A DNA stretch of 63,990 bases, counting the filler, from Catajapyx aquilonaris (Eukaryota), in the NCBI GenBank assembly GCA_000934665.2. It is 3 parts of 3 records of this genome, joined end to end, with 100 filler letters (N's around TTAATTAATTAA, not from the genome) between each part and the next. Parts side by side here need not be neighbours in the genome. Positions count along the whole stretch, not along the records: positions 43,405 to 63,990 come from JYFJ02006226.1; 2 more parts are not named here. The stretch is one strand, 5' to 3'. Each line of letters begins with the position of its first letter. Position 1 is the stretch's first letter. The notes below the pieces were generated by a model that was given only the letters and a program-made list of their open reading frames with translations, was not told where the DNA came from and searched no databases. Below are positions 49,060-60,269 of the stretch, in pieces. A program made the translations under genes and the position numbers.

Positions 49060-49585
49060 AGGGGCCTTCGACAACATCGCACACCAACATCTGCACATGG
49101 CACTAGGAAGGGCGAAGGTTCCGGAGCTCTTCCAAGATGTGGTGAAAGACTTGTACAACGGGACGTCTACTAGATTCGAGATGGGGAAGAAGAAAACCGG
49201 CAAGATCTGGATCAAACGCGGAGTGAAACAAGGCGACCCCCTGTCGCCATCGCTATTCAACATAGCAATGGAAGACCCAACCCTGCACAGGATCATCCCG
49301 CAGGCAACCCTAGAAAAATGGATGCTGAAATGCATGGACACGGCGGCCCCGATCACCTTCGAGTTTCGGGAACACTACCAAGAGAAGTGGGCAGCACTAA
49401 AAGTCCAAGGACGAGGAGTGCGGCATGGAGCAGACAACAGAGAATCCAATTGGTGGGTGGAGCCGAACCTCAGAGGCCAAGAAATGCAGGCAGGAACCTG
49501 GTGCGCGGCGCTGCAAGTCAGGACCAACACATATCCAGTGCGAGAGGCGACAACGAGAGGAAGACCGCACCTCCAGAAGCCACCA
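49060..49585 (+). mobile_element. R2-like (restriction-like-endonuclease clade) retrotransposon fragment, internally deleted
   Basis: AFDNIAH..IKRGVKQGDPLSPSLFNIAM joined to W..LKVQGRGV..SNWW..ALQVRTNTYPVRE..RGR; the YADD region is missing. Confidence 0.75.
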
Positions 49586-49589
49586 CCAT

Positions 49590-49848
49590 AGCCGATCTTG
49601 TCAACATGGAGTGCCTTAAGTATTTGAGCGACAAATCAAAAGACATTAAGTCCCTGCTGCAATACCCACTTATTCACAAGTTATTTTTGAGATATAACAC
49701 TGCCTTACCATCATCAGCTCCTGTAGAAAGGGCGTTCAGCTGTGCGGGGCACATTTACACACCCCACAGAAACAGGCTGTCTGATGACAATTTCGAAATG
49801 TTCCTGATGCTCAAGTCATCTTCAAAAGATTATGTCAAGTCTCGGTAA
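49590..49848 (+). mobile_element. hAT transposase C-terminal dimerisation domain fragment
   Basis: YPLIHKLFLRYNTALPSSAPVERAFSCAGHIYTPHRNRLSDDNFEMFLMLK. Confidence 0.88.
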
Positions 49849-50039
49849 AAAAGGGGACTGAAGATGGCAAGTCAATATATTACCGTATGTCAAAATTTGC
49901 AAGTTTATATTATTTTTTAAATCACTATTGTAAAAAAGAACTGTGTAGGCCTGGCCTATTAATTGGATAAGTTTGTGTTTTCCAATTATACAAGTTCTCG
50001 TGTATTATGTAATTCATACTTGAAGGCCTCGGGCGTAAA

Positions 50040-50835
50040 CCACATGTGAGAAGCACTGTTCTCGAACTTCTGGGATATGAATGACTTTAATGTACAAAAC
50101 ACATACTTGCGGGGTTGTTTGCGCACTGAGGCCGTTCGGCGGAAGACTACATCGACCCCCTCAAAACGGAGCCAAACCATTGTGTACTCTGTTCTGTGCT
50201 GTTCTGTTCTGTGGGTGTGGATACTGTTGTGTGTAAAGCTGCATTTGTGTCAATCCTTGGTCTACAAAACAGTCGTGGGAGGCTCGAGAACATCGTGAAG
50301 AAAATGAAGGTTGGTTGTGTCTCCAGCACTTGACAGCAGGGGAAAGCATAACTCGCATGCTAAAAAGTACTCTGATGATGACGTGCAGGCCGTGAGAAGT
50401 TTCATTGAGAACATTCCCAGGTATGAGTCTCACTACAGCCGAAAAAGTCATCCTCATCGGCATTACTTAGATATGCAGTACAGCATTGAGTCACTGTACC
50501 GTAAGTATTGCGATGACAATCAGGAAAAAAAAACCAACAGAGTGTCACCAGTGATAAGTTCCCCCGTGTGTTCACTGAGGATTTCAATATTTCTTTTAAG
50601 GCACCAAAAATCGATACATGCCATGTGTGTGACTCACTGACATTATCTTTGGCGGAAGCACGGAAATCAGGCAACAAGGAAGAAGAGCAACGTATTTCTG
50701 CCAAACAAGCCCTCCATCATGCCAAAGCCAAATCAGGTAGAGAGGCCCTACAGGATGCGATCACCAGAGCAAAACATGATTCAAGCATTCATGTCATTAC
50801 ATTTGACCTGCAGCAGTCCTCTCCTGTTTTGCTTT
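50040..50835 (+). mobile_element. Sola1-like transposase remnant
   Basis: FWDM..QNTYL, DSRGKH, FIENIPRYESHYSR..YL, FNISFKAPKIDTCHVCD, ITFDLQQ across frameshifts. Confidence 0.8.
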
Positions 50836-53800
50836 GACTTGATGTAACAAAATGCATGGCAGCTCCAGAAAACCTATGATAAGAAGCCCATGACGTTTCG
50901 CCGAAGGGTGGAGCGCCACATTCAGGAAACCCACGGTTATGCTGCAGAACCAGGCCGCAGAGGAAGACATCACAGAAGATGATATGACGGCATCAAGCGC
51001 CACTCTGACAGGACATCATTCTGTCGAATTCCCGCAACCTGAAAAACTACACCGCTGAGCCTATAGAACCTGACCGGTCTGTCATTGGACCTGTCCGTAA
51101 AGTTCTCCGCACAGATATTTCCACTTCGCACCTGATTTGTGATGATAACAGCATGACACTTAACTGTGCACGTTCAATCAATTGTAAAGGAGTTACCTAT
51201 GAAGAAGGGGACTATATTGTGTTGAGATTGGTGCATGAGGAGAAAGTTCCGGTATTTTTTTTCACATTCTACACATCATAATAGATGGCGACCATGTTGA
51301 TCTCTTGGGAAAGTCAACAAATGTTACTGGGGGTTTGAAGTCATAGAGAGTCACTGGGAGGTGTGTCATCCTGGGGAGGAGTATGATGCCACGCCATTAT
51401 TTAAATTTGACAGAAATGGAGAAAATATAGTCATGCCTCGTCACTACATAGGTTAACTCTCAAAGCCTGCCTGCCTGGTGTAAGTGCCAATAAGCCTATT
51501 ATTAAACTCAAATATTTATTAACCTTACCAAAATTTGTCTCACAATTATTTTAGAATGAATTCGTACCATGTCACATTTGGGCTTTCAAAGAAGGTTCTC
51601 GACTGCATTAGCCAATGTAGCACTGAGCTGAAAGAGATTGCAAAACGTAGTCTTGTCATTGATGCCCCCATTGAAGCCCTGCTATTGCAAGCATTTGACC
51701 CTGTCTACGGTGATTTTGTAGACCTTGCAAACAATGCCGAAATCCCTCTTCGATGTAAGAGGCTGACACTTATTGAAATGTAAGTTGGATTGAGACTGTG
51801 ACCTTGCCAGTTTTGACGTCATCGTAGTACAACAAAATCGATTCTGTATTGCAATGTCATGAATTTCCCAGCATGCAGTGGAGCTTCTCTCCACTATAAA
51901 AGGCAGACACAATTGTAACTCGAGGCCAGTTGGTCCTCCACTAGGGGGCCACTGGTCACCCCCATTCCTACCCTCCATCATCCTGTATACCCCTACTCTC
52001 ATTGTGAACAACCGAATTAAAGAGGCTGAGAGCAGAACCCAAACTCTATTATGTGCGTATACCCTTTGTCACGCATCATGACCATCGTCTTGGTGTCTCT
52101 TGTCGTTATGTCACCATACGACTTGATCATCATTGGTCATATACGTACTACGTCACATAAATGTGGCGTCGGCCGTGGGTTACGTCACAAGACAAATACT
52201 TTCCGCAATACGACTTATTTTATTTCAATTTAATGCTTTTTCAGCAGGGCTTGTGGTAATGGAGGCAGTCTAAGCCCGGATGTTTCAGTGACCAATAATG
52301 GTGAATGTGCTGTGCAACTGAATTCATCCATTACTACAGGATCCACTGGAGAAATTGAAGAAGCCATCAGCCTTATGCCACAGGAGTAAGTTACAAGTAC
52401 TAGGAACCATGTACAGTATATAATCGCATCATTTCCAAAGACCACTTTCTTGAAGTTTTTCTTTCTAGAATTCTATGCCATGGCTGTTTTTTTGGTATTC
52501 AATTGTGTATTTTCTATTAATTATAAGTTATAATACAGTACGAGTAAAAGAAAGTAAATGATTATAATTTCTAATCATTTGTTTTCTTTTACTAGTACTG
52601 TATTTCATAGCTAATATGGCCTTTGTTCCCTGGACTTGCCACAGTACAGATCATGAAAATGCCTAATATATTAACAAAATTGTTTTCAGGAGCAACTTTC
52701 CAGTTATTTGCCGTCTCCCGCAATTCCCATTGTGGGTGCAAGAGCTGTTGGAGAAGAGGGACCCATTGTCGAGAGAAACCAAATGCCGGAAAGCAATAAT
52801 CGATACCTTATTTGACGATCTTTACCGGTATACAATGTAAGCATGTGAGAGGGAAGGATTCACATTTTCACAGGCCTTTTGAATTACTCCTGGAGTACCC
52901 TTATTTAGTCCTGATAGTGATAGTGTCCAAGCTAATATTTACATATTTTTTGACAGGTACCCATCTTCAAAGATGTACAGCACTGCTACATTGACGCTAG
53001 TCGCCGTTCATCCTCATTTAAAGGACAAGCTATGTGGCACCCTAGAAAAGTCTAATGTATGTTGTTGAACTGTTCACTGTCCGAGTGCTAATAAGGATTT
53101 TAAATGCCATTTTAACACTACTGTTTGATATTTCAAGGAAACCTGGATCAAAAGACTCTCCGACAAATTCAAGAAGTTTAGATCACGTAGTGGTGAATTG
53201 ACCAATAATGAGCTAGCTGCTGCCATGAAATCGAAGTATGGCAAAAAACGGTCCCCACCTGCAGCTTGCTCATCAGGGGAAGGTACCACTCTGATTCAAG
53301 CTAAGAGACCATTCCAACCAACAGTGCAGGTAAATCACAAATGAATAATGTGCAACATACTGGTAGTTTTGCATTTCCTTCATATAATGTATATTTCTCT
53401 GCAACAGGATTTGCTTGAAGGGGAAGACCAGATGTCCTTTGAGCACCATATCAAGCAGATGAATGAAGAACTTTTAAAAGGTAGACCAAACACAGAATTC
53501 ACCCAGGACAAGAATGATGAGGAAGGATTATTTGTGGAGACACATACAGTGTGTCAAGTTCTGGACAAGTTTCCTGCCCTGAAATTGGAAGATCAGGTAC
53601 AGGTGACAGCTACTATCGAATCTGGCCGAAATAATGTTCCGCGGCAATTGCCCAAAATAATAGGGTTGAATCGATTGCCATGAGTGACTTTTTCAGTCGA
53701 TTCACTGGAAAACATTGCAAATTATGCAATTTTTTGGATGCTTAAATGACCACCTTTTTAACCAGCAAGAACTGAACTACTTCATTAGTAACTTCTCTTT

Positions 53801-54176
53801 GCCTGGTCATACATATCTTCAATGTAATTTAATACCAGTAACGCTGTTATGATACCATCATTTTAATAATGCTGATATGCATGATACTGCAGCATATTTA
53901 TGCCTCAACTTGACACTAAATTATTATCTTTATTTAATAGCTGCTGGTGGAAGCAGATGCCTTTGGCATCAGCCAAATTTCAATTATCAACTTCATAAAT
54001 TCGCATGGGGCAGCCCTTGCCATGAAATTCGGCAGCAAGGCGAGGGCCAAGAAGTTGAGGATGGCCTACGAGACAGCTGTGGTCACCGAAGGCAATGCAT
54101 ATTTACACGGGGATAGCTTTGATAATTTTGTAATTAAATCTGGGCACAAAAGTACACCTTCCATCTTAAGGCAAGT

Positions 54177-55000
54177 TTAGGTAAGGTGAAGTGGGATAAG
54201 TGCAGACAAAGCATTACTCCCTACATCCACATATTGGGCAACCACCTTGGTCAGCTAGTCGGTAACTTTGGCAACATAAACCGCTTCTCTTCACGAGGTA
54301 TGCTAACATAGGTTAGATGGTTATGTGGCAGAGGTAATATCTGGCTGCTTCAGTGGCATCTTACTCCTTCCATGCCTCAAGAGCCATATTCAAGCTGATG
54401 AACAAACTTGGCATCAAATGCCACTTTCCCATTTTAAAAATAATAGCGTACAAAATGTTTACATTAGATTGGCCCAAGGATTCTGTTTCTGCTCGATTGG
54501 GGCTAGCTTGGAAGGATAGAATTTTTGGGTGGCCTGTGTATTTTGTGCATGGATGCAGTAAATTAAGAAAGGCCGAAGATATTGGATTCTCTCTCAATAA
54601 TTGAGTTAATTTACTGAGCTACACTAGCATGTGGTACAGCAATGAATTAGTTGAAAACATTAGGCTAATGTCACATGTCATGGTAATTGTGTGTCATTGT
54701 TCATATATTCTGGTTGGCAGTGACTTTTGCCCTTTGCGGGAAAATTGCAACTATTAATGTATTAATTAACCTTTTCATGGCAGCGCTTGAAAAGAAGAAT
54801 GATGTGTTGAAGGCTCAATACTATTCCACAAACATGTGGAATTCCGGGGAGGAGGTTCTGCAAGCCCTGAGAAGGTGCGACAGCCTCAGAGAGCATGCCC
54901 GACAGAAAAGGTCCTACAGCAAGCAGGACAGCCATTACTGGAGTGAAGATGGAATTGTTGGAAGACAGGAGAAAGAGGAAGAAACGCAATGCTTTCTTTT
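54177..55000 (+). mobile_element. RAG1/Transib-related DDE transposase C-terminal remnant (two exons)
   Basis: Splicing 54297|gtatgc ... cag|54784 yields ITPYIHILGNHLGQLVGNFGNINRFSSRALEKKNDVLKAQYYSTNMWN..RQKRSYSK..YW..GI. Confidence 0.6.
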
Positions 55001-56647
55001 CTGAAGGCGCACATGGCAACCAGTCACTCGAGCCAAGCAAGCCTGGGAAGAGAAGAAATAAGAAGGAGCTGGAGAGAATCAGAAGAGAGGAGAATAAATC
55101 CCGCGAAAGAGAAGTCGAGGAATGGGGAAGTATCGTTTAATTTTTGTAATCATGTTTGCTGTATTCTGCGATGTTATTATTGCTTTCGTAACTTAAGTAT
55201 TCGTAAGTACGCTTGAGTTTTGCTAGCTGATTTGGTGCCACGCAGACAAGTTTTAATCCACACCAGGTGGCACAATGCATAAAATTACAGTTTCGATGCT
55301 CCTGAGGACTTTAGGTATGAATTGAATAAAGGAGCGAGTGAGGAGAGGGAACCAGACTGTCGCAGCACTTGCAGCATTGTGACCAGGCAGATAAACACAG
55401 TTGCGGGCGGGGTCATTCCCCGTACAGCCCTACTTCCCTTTAAAATATGTCAGGTTCTTGAAACATAATGACTCTTGTAAATGACTATTACTCTTCCACC
55501 CCTTGATCACAATCACGTATTGCAAGACTAGATCATGACCGATACTGATTTAACAAAAGCTCTGGATTAGATTGTCAAATGTTAAAAGTAAGACCTGCAG
55601 TATATAAAATACTTTTACCAGGCAGTTTTTCACACCTTCATTAAATATTGAACTGCAGCAATAATATTTGGCCACAACTAATGATTTTGTCTCTTCCATG
55701 TCAACAAACTACTGTACATCTGGCCCACAAGATGGGAACTGAAGAATGGGAGCCCAACGATGGAGCAGCAACCATCCTTTACTGAGGCGCAGAGTTTACG
55801 TTGTTGCCACGGTTTCTGCATGTCTCGGACTCAGTTTGCTATGAAGAGCTGTTTCAAAATGGCTGTCACCGTAGCCATTCAGAATTTTGACTGGTTAATT
55901 AAAGGAGTTTGTTTTTATTATATTTCCTGATTAATTATTATGCTAATCAGGTTATTGGTGAGTGTATGATATTTTGTGAATTTGTGTGATTGCATGGAGC
56001 AAGATGAACATCATTATTTTCTGTAAATAAAGTATGACTGTTCCAAATCCATGAGTGTATTTTGTGCAATTATCCATCTACTACTTCATTTCAGAGTAGC
56101 TGTGAGCTGAATTGTGATTGTATTTTGCAAGATGTTAAGTAATAAATAGTGTCAGTTAGTTGGAAAATCTGCTGTTGCAATCTGTCCTTTTTTACTAAAT
56201 TACAGTTTGTGTTGTGGGCATCAAGCACCAGACCCCCTGAGATTGTTCTTCAGCAGGCTTCAGGCCAAACCAATCAGGTTAAACTTTGCAAAATAAAATA
56301 TTGGGAGTGCCTATGTCACTTTTGATAAATATGCAATGTGCAAAATCTCGGTAGTTTTATGAATATGTGGAAAATTGCGGTCCATTATAGTGTTGCATCA
56401 GTAGGGCCTATACTGATTATGAAGACATTCCTTTAAAATGCACTTTTCAACAACATTTGGATGTAACCCGAGCCACTGGCCAAGGGCAACAGCACTCATT
56501 TAGCAGAAAATATCACCATAAATGTGTCAGAAAATAATCTGAAATTACTTTCACCAGCCATTTTGGGGCTATCCGAGAGCCGTCCTGCCGGCTGGTACTA
56601 TGGCGAAGCAGCCACGCGCGTGAGATGTGCTTCGGATTTTACCAAAA

Positions 56648-57134
56648 TGCCGTGCTGTTGCGCTGTAGGTTGTGCAAATAGCCCAGCAAAAGGGTTTCTG
56701 GGCACACAGTCAGAAATGTTAGTCGAACTATTCAATGTAAGACTTGTACTTCTATGCTGCAGTCATCGGAGGCCATGCAGGATGTTGGGCAGCTGCAGTC
56801 TCTGAAAGCGTACAAGCCTGAAGCCCTCGTTCAATGCAGTCCAGTTGCATATGACTTATGCAATGCAGAGATTACATTTAGAGAACCCCAAGGTGTGCTT
56901 AGGTGCGTTAAGAAACCGTTGCCAGTCTTTCTGATCACTCGCTACTGGAAGAAGCATCCAAAAAAAGTATCTGAAAACCAATGCCACATGAATCTGGACA
57001 CTACATTGCTAAATGCTTTCTTTTCCCTGAGGCTGTACATCTGGGCCAAACAAAGAACTAAGCAAATGGCAAAGAAGACAGCAACGAGCAGTCATGGATC
57101 CAGGAGTGTCAGGATGCGAGTTGCAGTAAAGTAA
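56648..57134 (+). mobile_element. Internally deleted THAP/P-element-like remnant
   Basis: THAP start MPCCCAVGCANSPAKGF at 56648, followed closely by a C-terminal-like piece CH..LLNAFFSLRLYIWAK..GSRSVRMR. Confidence 0.6.
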
Positions 57135-58330
57135 TACTGCATTGTTATGGTGTGTTAATGGCGTGCCAGTGTAACTGGCTGTGTTCAGTAATCAAGAATC
57201 ATCCCCCCTAAGATTAAGGTCCCTCTCTTCTTCTCTTCCCCCCTCGCCTCCCATGAAAATACTGAGGTAGAAAATCCCACAATGTATAACCACAATGTGA
57301 TTTATTACTACTGATTTTTTGTGGAAGTTTGTTACTGTGCACCACAGGAGATGAAAATAATTAATTGTAATTGTATCATTTCGTACATATGTAATACGAC
57401 AGCAGCGATATTGGACTGCAAATTACCGAATATTGGCAACAATTCACCCCAATTGAGAGTGCAGGATTGCTTGATCAGAGAGCTACAACCATGTATTTCA
57501 TGGCCCCTGCATTTTTGCTGCGAAAATATTGTGACCCATGACTTGTTCTTCCGAAACAGTACTGGGATCATAATTATGGTGAGTAATGGCAAGGGAATGG
57601 GAAAGTAGCCCCAAAATGGCGGCAATTCTGAAGTTGGCCACACCTTTCCATCTAGGACGTTACACGAGTTCAAAGGATTAAGACAGCAGCGCCAATGTTT
57701 CAAATGTCCACATTTCCTGCCCACGGACATGTTTTGGTGTCGTCAGCCATTTTCATGGCGGCCCCGTGTATGCACTTACCCCACTTCACCTTACTTAATT
57801 TGTGAGATGATTATATAAAATGCCCATTTCAACTGTAATTATTATTGTTATTTTTATTATTATTAAATATTCACTGTAATAATTGACCACTCTTTTCTTA
57901 GGTGCAGAGGCACTGTACCACTTGCTCCTCCTGCCTGTGGCTCTTAATGAGTCGAGCTTGCTGGGAGAGGCTGCTGCAACCCCACATCCCAGGATCGAGT
58001 GCAGCAGTGAGGAAGTATTTTCCAAGGACTGCGCATTTGCACTCTATGTTGACGGGCAAAAGATCACAGAGGTTGTCAATGGGACCACAGGGGTCCTGTT
58101 ATGGTTTGCCTTGTATTGGATATTTGATATCCAATACAACAAGCAAACCATCAGGACCCTGGCATTTTTGGACACATACGTGTTCAAAAAACATTCGGTC
58201 AAACAGGTACCCAAAGCGGTGGCAACACTCATTAACTTAAAAAAAAAAAAAATGGATATCTAGATACTCCTCATTGCTGTTTGTAATGTTACTCAATGCG
58301 ATGGTGGTGAATAACGTGTGTATTTTTTGT

Positions 58331-58489
58331 GTGTAAATTATGAGCCTGTGTTTTTGTAATGTTACTCCATTTCGTAAAAATAAACGATGTGTGTAGTTTT
58401 GTGTAAATTATGAGCCTGTGTTTTTGTAATGTTACTCCATTTCGTAAAAATAAACGATGTGTGTAGTTTTGTGTGAACAATGAGCCTGT
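58331..58489 (+). repeat. 70-bp tandem duplication (2 identical units plus partial third)
   Basis: 58331-58400 equals 58401-58470. Confidence 0.92.
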
Positions 58490-59225
58490 TTCCATACACA
58501 ATATCCTCAAAATGGACAAGTTACTTGCTACGTTTCAATTCCTTCAAATATTTGGGGATTTGATGTGCATTATGCATGATTCAAATATTTATATACGAGT
58601 AATTCTTTTTGTTCTTTATTGCCTAAATGTTAATATCTTCCTGTGTCTTGCCTCATTTTATTGCTTGAATGCGAATAATATTAACCCACTCAGGTTTGAT
58701 TATTATATTTGAGGGACTTTGCCATTCAATGAATGTCCATAATAACTTACGGTGGAAGGGAGGGGGGAATTTTGTGATATTCCCAAGGTGTAAATAAGTA
58801 AAATTTTATTTGGGTTTAATAGTGCAATTTGGTACCCTCAAGAATCTTGAGGTACGTGCCAATTGTCACCCCAAAACACCTTCAATTACGTGCCAAATGG
58901 CACCCCGAAGCACCTTCCATTACGTGCCAAATGTCACCCCAAACAGCCTTGGAATTGGTGCCAAATGGCACCCAGGAGCACCTGCCATTACGTGCCAAAT
59001 GTCACCCCAAACAACCTTGGAGTATACGTGCCAAATGGCACCCCAAACAACCTTGAGGTATACGTGCCAAATGGCACCTCTTGGTACATTTTGTCACCCT
59101 TAGCTAAAGGTGCCACTTTTGCACCCCATATGAAGGGTGCCTTTTGGTGCTGCATAAGGTGCCGCCTGTGGAACAAGCTTTTTCACCCCTAGGGGTGCTA
59201 TTTGGCACTTTCCATTTTAACAGTG

Positions 59226-59398
59226 TATCAGAAGATTTCGCCACCGCCACCCGCGACAGACGGAAGGCACTCTTACCTTTCCTGAAGGACGCGAGGAAGA
59301 GAAACCACCCAGGGAAATTGAAGATCGACAAACTCCTGGTAGAAGGCCGCCTGTACGAGATGAACCCCGAAGGTACAGACATACCGGACTATAGCTGA
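59226..59398 (+). mobile_element. LINE ORF1 (L1-type RRM/CTD) C-terminal fragment
   Basis: SEDFATATRDRRKALLPFLKDARKR...KLKIDKLLVEGRLY, starting right after the CACTA terminus. Confidence 0.7.
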
Positions 59399-60269
59399 GC
59401 TACCTCCTAGCACACAAGCACCTCTTCAAATGATCGCCGTCGGGATTATATCGTACGCTTGGCTCGCAGAAGTCAAATCGCTCGAAGAGTTGGCAAGGGC
59501 ACTGCGATTGTACATAACAGTATATTTGACTCTCATTATTTTAGTTGTTGACAATGTGGAAATACCTGTCTGCCATGCATTGGCAACGCTAGCTTGCTCT
59601 GAGTTCCTAAGAAATGCATTGAGCACGGTGAATGAAAGTGGAGTCAATCCTACTTTAGATCAGAGGGATAGACATGTCCCCCATAATGCTACAAGTCCAT
59701 TGCATATTTCAACCGTGTGTGAACACATCTGTGCGTTACCATGGTAATTTGTCTTGTTATATGTTTTCTCCATGTTTTTTTGTGTCAAGTTTCAATAGTA
59801 ACAATAACGTTGGCTTTTAGTTACCCCAAAACAGATGAGAAGGAAGCTCTGGCTGTTTCTTTAGTGACACGTTTCCAACATTTAAGGACACACCGGCCCG
59901 GAACAGTTGGCCATGTATGCTCATTTTGTCATTTATATTCTTGAAATTGGATCACTCCATCTACTTGCTGAAGGCATTTTTTTCCCTGATATATTTGTAC
60001 ACACACGAACATTACTATGATAGAAGTCTGGCAAAGGTTTCATGGATAATAGATTGAAAACGATGAGAGTGAGTCTGACACCTACTAAGAAAAAAAAACA
60101 AGAAGTCGAACAAGTCTGCAGCTGCAATGGAAGACTCTGGTGATGCATCTGAAAGTGATGACTTAGCTGAATCAGATTCTCAGGCAGAAATGGTATTGAT
60201 GTCATTTTCCTATTTTTTTTAAAAAAACTGTATTTTATCTTAGTCGTAATTTACGCTTACACTGACTCC

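Larger units (their letters stand above)
51050..59225 (+). mobile_element. CACTA/EnSpm element 3' half (transposase tail, spliced SAMD3-like second ORF, subterminal repeats, CACTG terminus) with nested insertions
   Basis: KGVTYEEGDYIVL (~51190); exons YPSSKMY..VHPHLKD (~52958), ETWIKRLSDKFKKFR (~53138), GEDQMSFEHH..FPALK, FALYWIFDIQY..TLAFLDTYVF (57900-58263); gtgccaaatg(g/t)cacc repeats 58853-59100; ends ttttaacagtg at 59225. Confidence 0.7.

Noticed and set aside
49318..49848. Novel 176-aa fusion protein
   Set aside because: The N-terminal half is an off-frame reading of the R2-like fragment; only the C-terminal half is hAT.
58853..59100. Regularly spaced gtgccaaatg(g/t)cacc repeats resembling a CRISPR array
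   Set aside because: The intervening sequences are short and similar to each other, there are no cas genes, the context is eukaryotic, and the position just inside a CACTG terminus fits subterminal repeats.
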